A stretch of DNA of 64,000 nucleotides from positions 32,001 to 96,000 of the forward strand of contig CAVSHT010000006.1 in the NCBI GenBank assembly GCA_963727895.1. The letters are read 5' to 3'. The notes beneath the pieces are model-generated. The model was not told the origin of the DNA. It ran no database searches and was given only the letters and a program-made list of their open reading frames with translations. Both the position numbers and the translations under genes were made by a program. Below, in pieces: positions 1 to 9,811 of the stretch; within the stretch, counting starts at the first letter, position 1; each line of letters begins with the position of its first letter. Source of the stretch: an uncultured Methanosarcinaceae archaeon. Lineage in GTDB: Archaea > Halobacteriota > Methanosarcinia > Methanosarcinales > Methanosarcinaceae.

Positions 1-358
1 CTTTTGTTGTGAAGCCACAGAGTTTTCTCAAACAATTGAAGCTGTGGACTCCGAACATTTAAAAGCTACTTTTGATATAGGACATGCAAACCTTACCTGT
101 GGAGGCGATCCTAAAAAACTCGGAGAATTTGTCCGAACTCTCAAAAAGCATGTTATACATGTTCATTTGCACGATAACAGTGGGCAGTGGACCGAAAAAT
201 ATGATGGTGATGAGCATATGGCTCCAGGAATGGGTTGTGTGGATTTTTCAGTCTTGAATCAACTTTCCGGATACGAAGGTATATACAATATGGAGGTTTT
301 TTCCCTTAATGATGTTCTTTTCGGGAAAAACACCCTTGAAAATACTTTAAAACATTAA
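1..358 (+). CDS. Sugar phosphate isomerase/epimerase (AP-endonuclease-2 / xylose-isomerase-like TIM barrel), 5'-truncated by window
   Basis: Motifs TFDIGHA, HVHLHDN, DEHMAPG.G.VDF and a C-terminal E. The reading frame is open to the window start. Confidence 0.8.
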   Translation, partial: FCCEATEFSQTIEAVDSEHLKATFDIGHANLTCGGDPKKLGEFVRTLKKHVIHVHLHDNSGQWTEKYDGDEHMAPGMGCVDFSVLNQLSGYEGIYNMEVFSLNDVLFGKNTLENTLKH

Positions 359-424
359 TATTTGCTTAAACTTGAAAAAGAGGAGCTGGATTCTGGTAAG
401 AACCTCAGCTTTCATTTACTAAAA

Positions 425-2344
425 TTAATAAAAGTCTAAACTTATGTTTTTCTGGCCAAGTACTTTTTTTAACTCTTCATAAGCTGTGAAAAGCTCTCTT
501 TTTCTTCTTCCTATTGTTTCAACTGTAGGCTCGGCCTTGAGCCAGATATCCTTTTCTCCGCTTCCTCTTGTTATAGCTACACAGGAAAGCATATCTCCAT
601 GGGTCAATCGATATACAGAATCAATTCCTGTAGGAGTTATCCAGGCAGGATAACTAATTTTAAGCCGTTCTGTTATGTCATGCCAGTTGAAATTTCCAGA
701 AGCCCGGAGATTTAGCTGCAGGTGAGCGCGTTCTCCGGTAATCTTTTCATCAACATTTTTGAGGAAAGCGCTGTATGACTTATCTGCGTCACTAACTTCT
801 TTTGCTTCGTAGAGAGCAAGTTCTTCGGCTTCTTCTTCGAAAAAGGGTGCAAGGTTGATTTTGCTCGAAGGTTTTGTCATCAGAGATACTCCGAAGAAAA
901 CAATTGCACTCATGGCCATTCCAACAATAACTCCGTGACCTGTGAGAATAGGATTAATGGTTTCAAGATAATTAGTGGACAAAGGAGGTGTTTTTATAAG
1001 ATCCAGAGCCACAAGAACCGCCTGTACTAAAAATCCCACGATCATTCCTGCAAAAGCTCCTTCTTTAGTAGCTCTCTTCCAGTATAAGCCTCCCATTAAG
1101 GGGAAAAAGTAGGACGAGCTTGCAATGAAAGTTGCGATTTGAATAGCGTCCATAATATTTGGAATTACAAACGAACCTGCCGTTGCTGCAAGTATGATAG
1201 CTACGACACTGATTCTATTTACCGCAAGCATTTCTTTCATTGTGGCATCAGGCTTTATGTATCTCTGGAAAATGTCTCTGGAGACACAGGAGGCTCCTGA
1301 AGTTGAAAATGTATCAGTACAAGACATGGAAGCTGCCGCAAGCCCGATTGCACTTAAGGCTATTATCACAGGAGCAGAGGCGAAACGTGTCTTTACAAAA
1401 TTCAAGAGCGCAGATTCTGCCAGATCCATGCCTGCGGGAAAGCCCATTTTTGCGATATCAGGATATATAGAGTTGAAAGCTATTGCAATTACAGCGCAAG
1501 CTGCGAAGACAACAGTGAGCATGAGAGCACCGACTATCATTCCACGACTGGCAGATTTTGCATCTCTTGCAGCCCAGACTTTTTGCCAGGGGTCCTGCTC
1601 AGTAATCCATCCTGGGATTAAAGAAAAGCTAAGGATCATTATTAGAGGAATACCTATTGAAAAAGGATTCCACCAGCCTGCCGGAACGTGTCCAAAAAGT
1701 TGGGAAGCACTTATTGCAGTAGTATTAAGTCCTCCATCAGCTACTGTTCCTACTGAGGCAAAGGCTATTCCCACTGAAAAGAGGGCGAGAAAGGCAAACT
1801 GTATAACATCTGTCCATATTACTGCTGAAAGACCTCCCAAGGTTACGTATAGAGATACCGAAATTGCAATAATAGCTGCAGCATAGATGGGATCAAGGCC
1901 ATAAAATACCTGCAACACTAGAGAAAGTCCTGTAATGTCCGCTACTGAAAAAAGAGTCATTACAACAGTAATAATTACAGCAATTGGCAATCTTATTGCA
2001 CTACCATAACGTTGTTCTAAAAGTTCAGGTTGTGTGATTGCAGGCAGGCTTTTAATTTTTCTTACAAGTACAGCAATAACGAGGAGGGCAAGGATGTTAG
2101 GCGCCACAAATTCCCATATGGACCCCATTCCTCCTAGCATAAAATATCCGACAACTGCAAGAATTCCTCCTGCTGTCAACCATGACGCTGCAGCTGAAAA
2201 ACCGAGCGCTGCAGGTCCTATCATTCGGCCAGCAAGCCAGAAATCGGTAATCGATTTTTGTCTACTATTAAAATACCAGCTAATAGCCACAAGTATGGCT
2301 ATATAGGCTGCGAGCATTACAAGGAAAACAATATAACCTTCCAT
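425..2344 (-). CDS. Sodium:solute symporter (SSS) family protein with a C-terminal soluble extension
   Basis: About 13 hydrophobic segments; motifs DFWLAGR, YVTLGGLSAVIWTDVIQF, AASMS..D and GLYWKRATKEGA. Confidence 0.9.
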   Translation of the reverse strand: MEGYIVFLVMLAAYIAILVAISWYFNSRQKSITDFWLAGRMIGPAALGFSAAASWLTAGGILAVVGYFMLGGMGSIWEFVAPNILALLVIAVLVRKIKSLPAITQPELLEQRYGSAIRLPIAVIITVVMTLFSVADITGLSLVLQVFYGLDPIYAAAIIAISVSLYVTLGGLSAVIWTDVIQFAFLALFSVGIAFASVGTVADGGLNTTAISASQLFGHVPAGWWNPFSIGIPLIMILSFSLIPGWITEQDPWQKVWAARDAKSASRGMIVGALMLTVVFAACAVIAIAFNSIYPDIAKMGFPAGMDLAESALLNFVKTRFASAPVIIALSAIGLAAASMSCTDTFSTSGASCVSRDIFQRYIKPDATMKEMLAVNRISVVAIILAATAGSFVIPNIMDAIQIATFIASSSYFFPLMGGLYWKRATKEGAFAGMIVGFLVQAVLVALDLIKTPPLSTNYLETINPILTGHGVIVGMAMSAIVFFGVSLMTKPSSKINLAPFFEEEAEELALYEAKEVSDADKSYSAFLKNVDEKITGERAHLQLNLRASGNFNWHDITERLKISYPAWITPTGIDSVYRLTHGDMLSCVAITRGSGEKDIWLKAEPTVETIGRRKRELFTAYEELKKVLGQKNISLDFY

Positions 2345-2929
2345 AAATAATCCTTCAAAATAATTAACTGCTTATATAATCCTTTACTCAAAATTTCTAA
2401 AATATAATTCTTTTTCTTAAATATTACTTTTTATATATCCTTATTGTATTTATCTCATGAGTAAATGAATTTTTACTTTACTCTAATTTATTACTAACAT
2501 CTCTACGTTGTTGAATGGATTTTTCTTTCATTCCACGCAAGTTAACTTGTATTTAGGTACTTTTTAATTTAGTTCAAGCTTTATTGACCAAAAAATGAAA
2601 AATTTACTTTATGTCCAAGTGAAGTATTAAAACAATGATTGAAACAGATCAATGCAGAAGAATATTATAGCTTCATTTAGGACTAAGAACATAGTTTTAA
2701 GTAAAACTTCTGCACAATGCAGCATCAAGAACTCTTTACAAGTAAGGGTTATTAAAATCTGGATTCTGGGAGCTTTTGTTTAAGTAAAAGTTGACACTGC
2801 GGTGTTCCTCTTTAATGCCTTTATAACCCGACAATCTCCAGAGGAAACAGGTGTTTTCTTGGAGGTCTGTTCTGTGCTAAGTTTAAGGCAAACTCTATCC
2901 ATGTGCTATAAAGTAAAAGGTGAAAATCT

Positions 2930-3514
2930 GTGAAAGCAAGAACAAAGATTTGGTTTACGGAAGATGGAAAGACTGTTATGGGTGCTGGAAGAGCTATTTT
3001 ACTGAAGACAATAGAAGAAGAGCACTCACTTCGTAAAGCCTGTCTAAAACTTGGAATCTCATATAAACAAGCCTGGATAGTACTTAAAAAAATGAATGAA
3101 GCTCTTGGTGAACCTGCATTTATCACAGTACGTGGGGGAAAAAATCAGGGTACTTTCCTGACTGACTTGGGAAGAAAGTTGCTGGCTGAGTATGAGACCA
3201 GTAAACAGCTTGTCAATGAAACCATAGGGGATGAAACAGCATGGGAAAATATAAGTTTCAAATTGTCAGCCAGAAATCAATTACCTGGTAAAGTACGTGA
3301 AGTTGAAAAAAACGGGCTTGTTAGTAAGATTACAATTGAAATTGAACCTTCTGTTATAACTTCAGTTGTCACTGAGGAAGCTGTTAAAAAACTGAATATC
3401 AAGACTGGAGACAGGGTTTATGCTGTCATCAAATCGACTGAAGTAATGGTTGCAAAAATTGTCGGTGAAAAAAGACAGGACAGCGATTCAAAAGAAGTTG
3501 CTCAATCCGACTAA
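2930..3514 (+). CDS. modE: ModE-family molybdate-responsive regulator (wHTH + TOBE)
   Basis: N-terminal MG.GR..LL..IEE..SLRKA...LGISYK.AW and RGG...G..LT; C-terminal SARNQL.G.V and AVIKSTEVM TOBE motifs. Confidence 0.85.
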   Translation: MKARTKIWFTEDGKTVMGAGRAILLKTIEEEHSLRKACLKLGISYKQAWIVLKKMNEALGEPAFITVRGGKNQGTFLTDLGRKLLAEYETSKQLVNETIGDETAWENISFKLSARNQLPGKVREVEKNGLVSKITIEIEPSVITSVVTEEAVKKLNIKTGDRVYAVIKSTEVMVAKIVGEKRQDSDSKEVAQSD

Positions 3515-3725
3515 AAAATTTAACCTTAATTTCACTCATTTATAACTGAGTTTCGTGTTTCGATTTTTATCAAATTTAAATTCTTATTTATATTTTTGAA
3601 CCTTATATTTCTTTTTTTGAAATATGTCGTGCCGATATAGTGAATAGACTATTGGTACTCTAATTACACTTTTGGATTATCTGAATTCTAGTTCTTTATC
3701 ATAACATTTTTGTTGATGATAATTT

Positions 3726-4175
3726 TTATCTTTGTTCCTCCCCACGAACCACTAGGACCGGAACTTTTGAGTTTCTTACTACTTTTTCTGCAACGCTTCC
3801 CATTAAAAACCTATCAAACCCAGTTTTTCCCAGGGTACCCATTACTATCATGTCAATATTATTTTTCTCAGCAAAATCAATAATTTCTTTACTTGGGTGT
3901 CCTTCTAAAAGAACTTCTTTTACCTCGACTCCTGTAGCTTCTGCATACTCTTTAACTTTTAAAGTTGCCTTCTGTCCATCTTTTTTCAAGACTTCATGCA
4001 TTGTTTCCCTGCCTGCAGTCCAGCTTTGAGAAAGGGAAGATGTATCCACTACGTGAAGAGCATAAATTGTAGCTCCACTGAGTTTTGCAAGCTTAATACC
4101 GTAAGAAATAGCTTTAAGGCTATTTTCAGATCCATCTGTTGCAATTACTATATTTTGGCAAAAATCGCTAGTCAT
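3726..4175 (-). CDS. Universal stress protein (UspA family)
   Basis: IVIATDGSE, DMIVMGTLGKTG...MGSVAEKVVR.SKVPVLVV. Confidence 0.95.
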   Translation of the reverse strand: MTSDFCQNIVIATDGSENSLKAISYGIKLAKLSGATIYALHVVDTSSLSQSWTAGRETMHEVLKKDGQKATLKVKEYAEATGVEVKEVLLEGHPSKEIIDFAEKNNIDMIVMGTLGKTGFDRFLMGSVAEKVVRNSKVPVLVVRGEEQR

Positions 4176-4308
4176 ATATTATTCTCCATTTACTTTCTGC
4201 ATAAACATGACAGAAAAATATCAACTATTTCCAAAAAAAGTTGTAGCCTTTTAAAAAGACTACTTTCATATTTTCTTTAGAGGTATTGTTGTAACTCAAA
4301 CCGCAGTT

Positions 4309-4719
4309 TTAATCACTGCTGTTCACTGTGATTGTACCTGAACTCATTGTGTGATTCATTGCTATAGCTCTTTTACGTACCTCATTACTTATATGAGTCC
4401 CGTTTTGAGTTATAGTAGTAATATTTCCATTTGTATTTTCAGTAATATTTTCAGTAACATTTTCAGTAACATTTTCACTCGCGCTTCCATTAGTTACTGT
4501 AGGTGTTACTGCAGGTGCAGACGTCTGTGGTGTTTCTACAGCTGAAGGCGTTTCTGCAGGTGTAGTATTTACCTGTTCTGAAGAATTCTGAGTTTGGGGT
4601 TGAGTTTGGGGTTGAGTTTGATTTTCTGCATTATTTGTTGTCTTTCCAGCACAACCAGCTGCAAATACAACAGCAGCAACAACAAGAATCATTGCTACCA
4701 TTTTTAACATTTTTTCCAT
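4309..4719 (-). CDS. Low-complexity Thr/Asn/Gln-rich lipoprotein
   Basis: Signal peptide with lipobox FAAGC; QTQP and TENV/TENI repeats; GGAGGT ribosome-binding site upstream. Confidence 0.75.
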   Translation of the reverse strand: MEKMLKMVAMILVVAAVVFAAGCAGKTTNNAENQTQPQTQPQTQNSSEQVNTTPAETPSAVETPQTSAPAVTPTVTNGSASENVTENVTENITENTNGNITTITQNGTHISNEVRKRAIAMNHTMSSGTITVNSSD

Positions 4720-4913
4720 TGCACTTACCTCCTAAATTCTCTTTTTTAGGCTCTGCAGAAATCCCCTTTAATAAAGAACTCCTTTAACTTGAACCTTTCC
4801 AATCTTTTGGAATTGATTTAGATAGAGTATTTTCTACAAGCCATTTTTATTCATCTTTCATCGTGAAATTTTGCCTCGATATTTATTTATGGAATTTTTC
4901 GGGTTCTTTATCC

Positions 4914-5966
4914 TCATTCCTGTTTCTTTTTTCTTAATGCAATAAAACAGGCTGCAAGAGCCACAAATGTCATACCCGTTCCCAGTTCAAATCCTGGAAG
5001 TGAACTTTTTTCAGGCGATACTTTCGTGTTTATTTTAACACTGTCTGAAACCTGGTCATGTCCCTCAGTATCCTCATAAAGGATTTCACTGTCCAGCGAA
5101 TATGGTTTTGGCGTTGCAGTACTATCTGTAGATATATCAAAAGCTGCAACCGCGCTCTCTCCTGGTTGCAAATTACCCAGGTATGCCTGATCATCAGTTG
5201 TGCTGAATGGATCACTGGCAGTTACTCTTACAGTTGCATCCTTTGCAGGTTCTTCCCCTGTATTTTTATAAGTAACATATATTGTACTCTCTTTATTCGG
5301 GTAAAGATCTCCTGTTACATTCGTCACCTCAAAGTAAGGTTCTTTTTTAACCGTGACCATTATTGTCTGGTTCTGAGTTTTATTTTCATACCAAATACCT
5401 ACTCCCTCATTAGTCACGAGCCCAGTAGTAGGATCATACTCATCTCCATCAGCCTGCATATTGTTCTGGTACTGGTACGAAAGCTGTATATTCAAAGGAT
5501 ATGTGCCTGCAGGAGCGTTTTTACTAACTTCGAGAGTAAATTGTGAGGGATATACGCTTTGTCCTCCCTGTATCAGGCTACCTGCTTCCTGAGGACCTGA
5601 TTTTACCTTTATATTTGAATTGTTAGATGTCAAAGTCGCAAGAATACCATCAGCCGTTGTAGTCTGAGTCTCGTATTTCATCTCAGTCTGTTGCAGCACT
5701 GTATCAAGCGTGCTGTCAGAATCTTTTTCTGATTTGAAGCCCTCAATCACTCCTTTATTCATTAATCCGATATTCAGAGTAACAGTATCTCCTCTGGAAT
5801 ACTCGGTATCTCCAATTGGAGTTGCCTCGATATTTGGCCCTCCGTAAACGGTGTAAAAGTTTTTACCGAAATCAAAATATGCTGGTAATGCCGCCTGTAC
5901 AGGCATTGTTGCTAGCACTAACATAAGAAGAATTGCAGCCGCAGAGATACTTCTTCTTTTAATCAT
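4914..5966 (-). CDS. COG1361 S-layer-domain/Ig-like secreted protein with PGF-CTERM-like anchor
   Basis: Signal peptide; YLGNL.PGES...F motif; C-terminal LPGF + TM + RKKK. Start placed at the ATG 5966 after GGTGA. Confidence 0.75.
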   Translation of the reverse strand: MIKRRSISAAAILLMLVLATMPVQAALPAYFDFGKNFYTVYGGPNIEATPIGDTEYSRGDTVTLNIGLMNKGVIEGFKSEKDSDSTLDTVLQQTEMKYETQTTTADGILATLTSNNSNIKVKSGPQEAGSLIQGGQSVYPSQFTLEVSKNAPAGTYPLNIQLSYQYQNNMQADGDEYDPTTGLVTNEGVGIWYENKTQNQTIMVTVKKEPYFEVTNVTGDLYPNKESTIYVTYKNTGEEPAKDATVRVTASDPFSTTDDQAYLGNLQPGESAVAAFDISTDSTATPKPYSLDSEILYEDTEGHDQVSDSVKINTKVSPEKSSLPGFELGTGMTFVALAACFIALRKKKQE

Positions 5967-7104
5967 TCTCATCACCTGAATCATTTTCACTATAGTTTTT
6001 CCTGTTCCGGAGCACCTTTATAATCTGGTATACAAAGACAAGGACCAGTAATATCCCAATTATCATCGTTGTGCTGAATTTAGATTCTGTTTTTTCAATT
6101 GGCATGTCAACTTTCATATTATTGGAAAACTGTGTTTTCCCTTCAGCATCAATGTACTTCACTTCACTGTCAACACCGTAATTTTTCACCACTGCATCAG
6201 ATTCAGCCGTAATATTGAATGACACTGTCTGGCTTTCCCCTGGTCCTATTGTTCCTAGCCTGGCAGCTGACTTTGTGGTGCTTAGTGGTTTCATAACAAC
6301 AATCTTTGCCTGTGAATCTTCAGCTGAAATTTCTCCAATATTTGTGTAAGTAACATTAATCATACCTGTTGAACCCTGTTTTAGAGTTCCCGAAACCTTA
6401 CTTATCTCAAACTTTGGTTCTTTTTTAATTGATATGTGAAGAGGAAGAGCAATGTTTCTTACCGAGTATTCTTTTGTGAATGCTACACTATCCGAACTCA
6501 GTCCAATAGCCACAGCATTTGCCGTATCTGTACGGACATTGCTCTGGTACTGATAAGTTATCGGAAGATTTAGTTCATAATCTCCTGCAGGCGTATCATC
6601 ATCAATACGTATTGTGAAGATTACTGGGTATATATATCCAGTTTTAAGTTCATCTACAGTCTGGGGAGTTGTTGTGGAGTCGACATGAATGTACTTCGAT
6701 TCCGAGGTTAGATTCGCCTTGATACCTTTTGCTGTTGTACAGTTCAGTTCCTGATTCATCTCCGCAGCAGCAATTAACTCCTCTTTAGAATTCGGAATCA
6801 GGCTCTGATTTACATTCAGAGGTTTCAGTCCCTGTATCATGCCCTTATTCATAAGCATAATCTGAATGTTTGCAACTTCTCCCCTCTGAAATTCAGAATC
6901 TCCTATAACAGATGCTTGAATATCTGGCTCTCCATAGCTTCTATAATAGTCCACTGTAAACCCGTTCCCTGGAATCAGGAAATCTCCTATATTTGAACTT
7001 CCAAGAACTGGAGACACAGTTATTGAGAGAATTGAAAGGAGAACTGCAGTTAAAACAAATGTTGTAACTAACTTCTCTGGTACATCTTTCTGGGGTTTAT
7101 TCAT
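5959..7104 (-). CDS. COG1361 S-layer-domain/Ig-like membrane-anchored protein
   Basis: Paralogous to the adjacent ORF (GDSEF.RGE, NKG.I.G, LGTIGPGES...F); signal peptide and C-terminal TM. Confidence 0.75.
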   Translation of the reverse strand: MNKPQKDVPEKLVTTFVLTAVLLSILSITVSPVLGSSNIGDFLIPGNGFTVDYYRSYGEPDIQASVIGDSEFQRGEVANIQIMLMNKGMIQGLKPLNVNQSLIPNSKEELIAAAEMNQELNCTTAKGIKANLTSESKYIHVDSTTTPQTVDELKTGYIYPVIFTIRIDDDTPAGDYELNLPITYQYQSNVRTDTANAVAIGLSSDSVAFTKEYSVRNIALPLHISIKKEPKFEISKVSGTLKQGSTGMINVTYTNIGEISAEDSQAKIVVMKPLSTTKSAARLGTIGPGESQTVSFNITAESDAVVKNYGVDSEVKYIDAEGKTQFSNNMKVDMPIEKTESKFSTTMIIGILLVLVFVYQIIKVLRNRKNYSENDSGDEND

Positions 7105-9422
7105 TGTATCTCAGCCCCTGTGCTCATTTTTGAGTTTTCTAATACATGCACTCCTCTTTTCTTTTCCCTCCATGAGTCCAGTATGATAATTAAAGGTGGG
7201 AATACCGTGAAGGTTGCAACGAGGACAAGCACAATATCAATAACTGTCACTTTCCCAAAATCACTGACAATAGGAAATGGAGAAGCTATCAAAGCTGCAA
7301 ACCCGAAAACAACTGTGGCTCCCGAGGCAATAAGGGCAGCCCCGATACTTGCAGACGTCTTATGTATAGCTTCCATAGGACTGGCTCCATTATCCTTTTC
7401 TTCAAAGTATCTTTCCATCATCAGGATTGAGTACTCACATCCTATTCCAAGAATCAGTGCACCCATGGTTGCGGTCATAGGAGTATAGTCAAGTTTCAGG
7501 TAAGTCATTACCAATCCAGACCACCCGGTTACCATAAACATTGGGATAATCGGAACAAGAGCCTTTATCCAATTCCTGTAAACAATGAGAAGACCGCCAA
7601 GTACCAGGATAAGTCCAATGTAAGTCATTTTCACTCTTCCACTTGTAAGAGCATCTATAACTTGAGTGTAGACCATGGTGCTTCCGGTAATAGTTACTGT
7701 AGTACCCGGAGGAACTTGCATCCATTGAATATCCTGCTTTACAATATTGGTCAAATCCTTAATTCCGGTCATCTTTATATTGTTCTGGGCATTACCAATG
7801 TTTAGAGACAACTGAAGCATGTTTTTTCCGTAAATGTATTGGGATTTCTGTGATTCCGGAATTTTTTCATATATAGCTTCAATCTCATCACGGCTGTCTG
7901 GAATTGTGCCGTTATTATATTGTTTTACAAGAGTTACAATGCTTGAAGCATTGTAAATATGATCTCTTTGAATCTCATGTTCGCTGAACTTATCCATCCA
8001 CTTCAGAATATTTGGGTCAGCGTTGTCGTTAACCTTTATAATTAGATTAAGCTGATCGGTTCCACCCATGATCTCCTTTAGATGGTTTAAGTCTAAAAGA
8101 GAAGGCATTTCCTGAGGAACAAATTTATGAACGTCGGTCTGGATGCCCACTGATTCATCGGCATAGAGACCTCCAATGCAGAGTAAAGCTGCAACTCCGA
8201 TAACAATTACATTGTACTTTATTGTAGTATCAGTAAGTTTTCGGATGAGATCTCCTATTAACCGGGATTTTGGTTTCTTTGGTGAGGCATTTTCGATTTC
8301 GATTCCTTCCTTTTTCTTTCTCTTTTCTGAGATATTGTCAAAAAGAGAAACAGTTGTTACGCCTACAAAAAGAGCTGCAAGGTAGCACATTACTATGCCG
8401 ATTGTGAGAAGTTTCCCAAAATCCTTAATCATTGGAACTGTAGATGTAAATAAGGAAACGAAACCAAGACCAGTCATTGTAAGGGCTATAAGGACTGCAG
8501 GTCCAGTATGTTTTACTGTTCTTATAATAGCTTTAGATTTATCTCCGTCTTTATGCAATTCTTCTTCAATCCTGTTATGAAACTGAATTGCATAATCGAT
8601 GCCAAGCCCTATCAATACCGGAAACGCTGCCATTGAAACCATAGTCATAGGAATTCCCAGAAAGCCCATGGCTCCAAAAGTGTATATAATTCCAAGGAGA
8701 ACAATAGGTAAAGGCAGCCATCTCCAGCGTACATGTCCGAAGACTATGAACAGTACGATAAGCATAAACAAGCCAGCAAGCCCTAGCAAAGGTCCCATGC
8801 TTGAAGTTATCTGGTTGTTCATTGCAATCATGAAAGCAGGGTCACCTGTAACTCTGATTTCATATCCCGGAGGAAAATCAGCAAGTTTGACAGCATCTTG
8901 TGCAGCTTGCAATACTTCTTTTTTCTTGTCATCTGTTACAGATCCACTCATCCCTATAGAAACTACCGTGTGTGTATTGTCAGGCATCAATTGTCCGAAT
9001 ATGCTGGGATATCCATCAATAATTTTCTTGACATCTGCATCTGTATCCGGTATCTGGGATCGACCTGTCATTTTATAGTTTATTACCTTTATATAATCAG
9101 CAGGACTTGTTGTCGTTTCAACTCCTTCAGTAGAGTTAAGCTGATATTCAAGCCGATCCATAGCTTGCATTAACTTTGCGGACCTTACGTCATTACCTTC
9201 TACCAGCACTATGACAGATTGAGTCCCAAATAAGCTTTCGTAAAGGTGATGATAGTCCTGGTACACCTGAGAGTCTTTACTGACAAAAGTGTCTGTTCCT
9301 GATGCCATAGTGATTTTTTGTGCACCCTGGAATGATAACAAGATGAGAAGGAAAAAGACCACTAGTATGGTCAAACGGTTATTCTGAATGAATACCCCAA
9401 GTTTTTCAAAAACGTTCTTAAT
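7101..9422 (-). CDS. RND superfamily transporter (HAE3/MMPL type)
   Basis: Two repeats of loop + TM bundle; motifs GLGIDYAIQFHNR and GIGCEYSILMMERYFEE. The frame extends 16 codons upstream of TTG 9374 to ATT 9422. Confidence 0.88.
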   Translation of the reverse strand: MKNVFEKLGVFIQNNRLTILVVFFLLILLSFQGAQKITMASGTDTFVSKDSQVYQDYHHLYESLFGTQSVIVLVEGNDVRSAKLMQAMDRLEYQLNSTEGVETTTSPADYIKVINYKMTGRSQIPDTDADVKKIIDGYPSIFGQLMPDNTHTVVSIGMSGSVTDDKKKEVLQAAQDAVKLADFPPGYEIRVTGDPAFMIAMNNQITSSMGPLLGLAGLFMLIVLFIVFGHVRWRWLPLPIVLLGIIYTFGAMGFLGIPMTMVSMAAFPVLIGLGIDYAIQFHNRIEEELHKDGDKSKAIIRTVKHTGPAVLIALTMTGLGFVSLFTSTVPMIKDFGKLLTIGIVMCYLAALFVGVTTVSLFDNISEKRKKKEGIEIENASPKKPKSRLIGDLIRKLTDTTIKYNVIVIGVAALLCIGGLYADESVGIQTDVHKFVPQEMPSLLDLNHLKEIMGGTDQLNLIIKVNDNADPNILKWMDKFSEHEIQRDHIYNASSIVTLVKQYNNGTIPDSRDEIEAIYEKIPESQKSQYIYGKNMLQLSLNIGNAQNNIKMTGIKDLTNIVKQDIQWMQVPPGTTVTITGSTMVYTQVIDALTSGRVKMTYIGLILVLGGLLIVYRNWIKALVPIIPMFMVTGWSGLVMTYLKLDYTPMTATMGALILGIGCEYSILMMERYFEEKDNGASPMEAIHKTSASIGAALIASGATVVFGFAALIASPFPIVSDFGKVTVIDIVLVLVATFTVFPPLIIILDSWREKKRGVHVLENSKMSTGAEIQ

Positions 9423-9790
9423 GGCAGATTCCTCTCATTATCCTTTTAATATATTCTAAAATACGTTTATTTGTCGTAATAATTATTTATTTCTCTATTA
9501 TAAAGACGCATTTTTCCTTTTGTTTTTTAACCCCTCTTTAAATTATGAAACTAAGTTAAAAATGAAGTTATAATCATAAAACTCAATTACTGATCTGAAA
9601 TTTCTAATTTTTTATCTAATGTGTATGTGAGTTTATGTGTAGAGTTTATCACAGACCTCATTAGTTAGTAATATTTCATATTTCACAGACACTTTAACAT
9701 CTTCAATCTGTAACTTTATGTTTACTTAATTCTCTAATTCGGTCTGATTTCTACTGGAGATAGGTAATAAACAGAAAAGATTTAAATCTA

Positions 9791-9811
9791 TTGTTACTAT
9801 AGGGGTAACAA
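9791..9811. promoter_or_regulatory. Palindrome TTGTTAC-N7-GTAACAA abutting the TrmB start codon (candidate operator)
   Basis: Perfect 7-bp inverted repeat between a TATA-like TTTAAAT (~9781) and ATG 9812. Confidence 0.45.
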
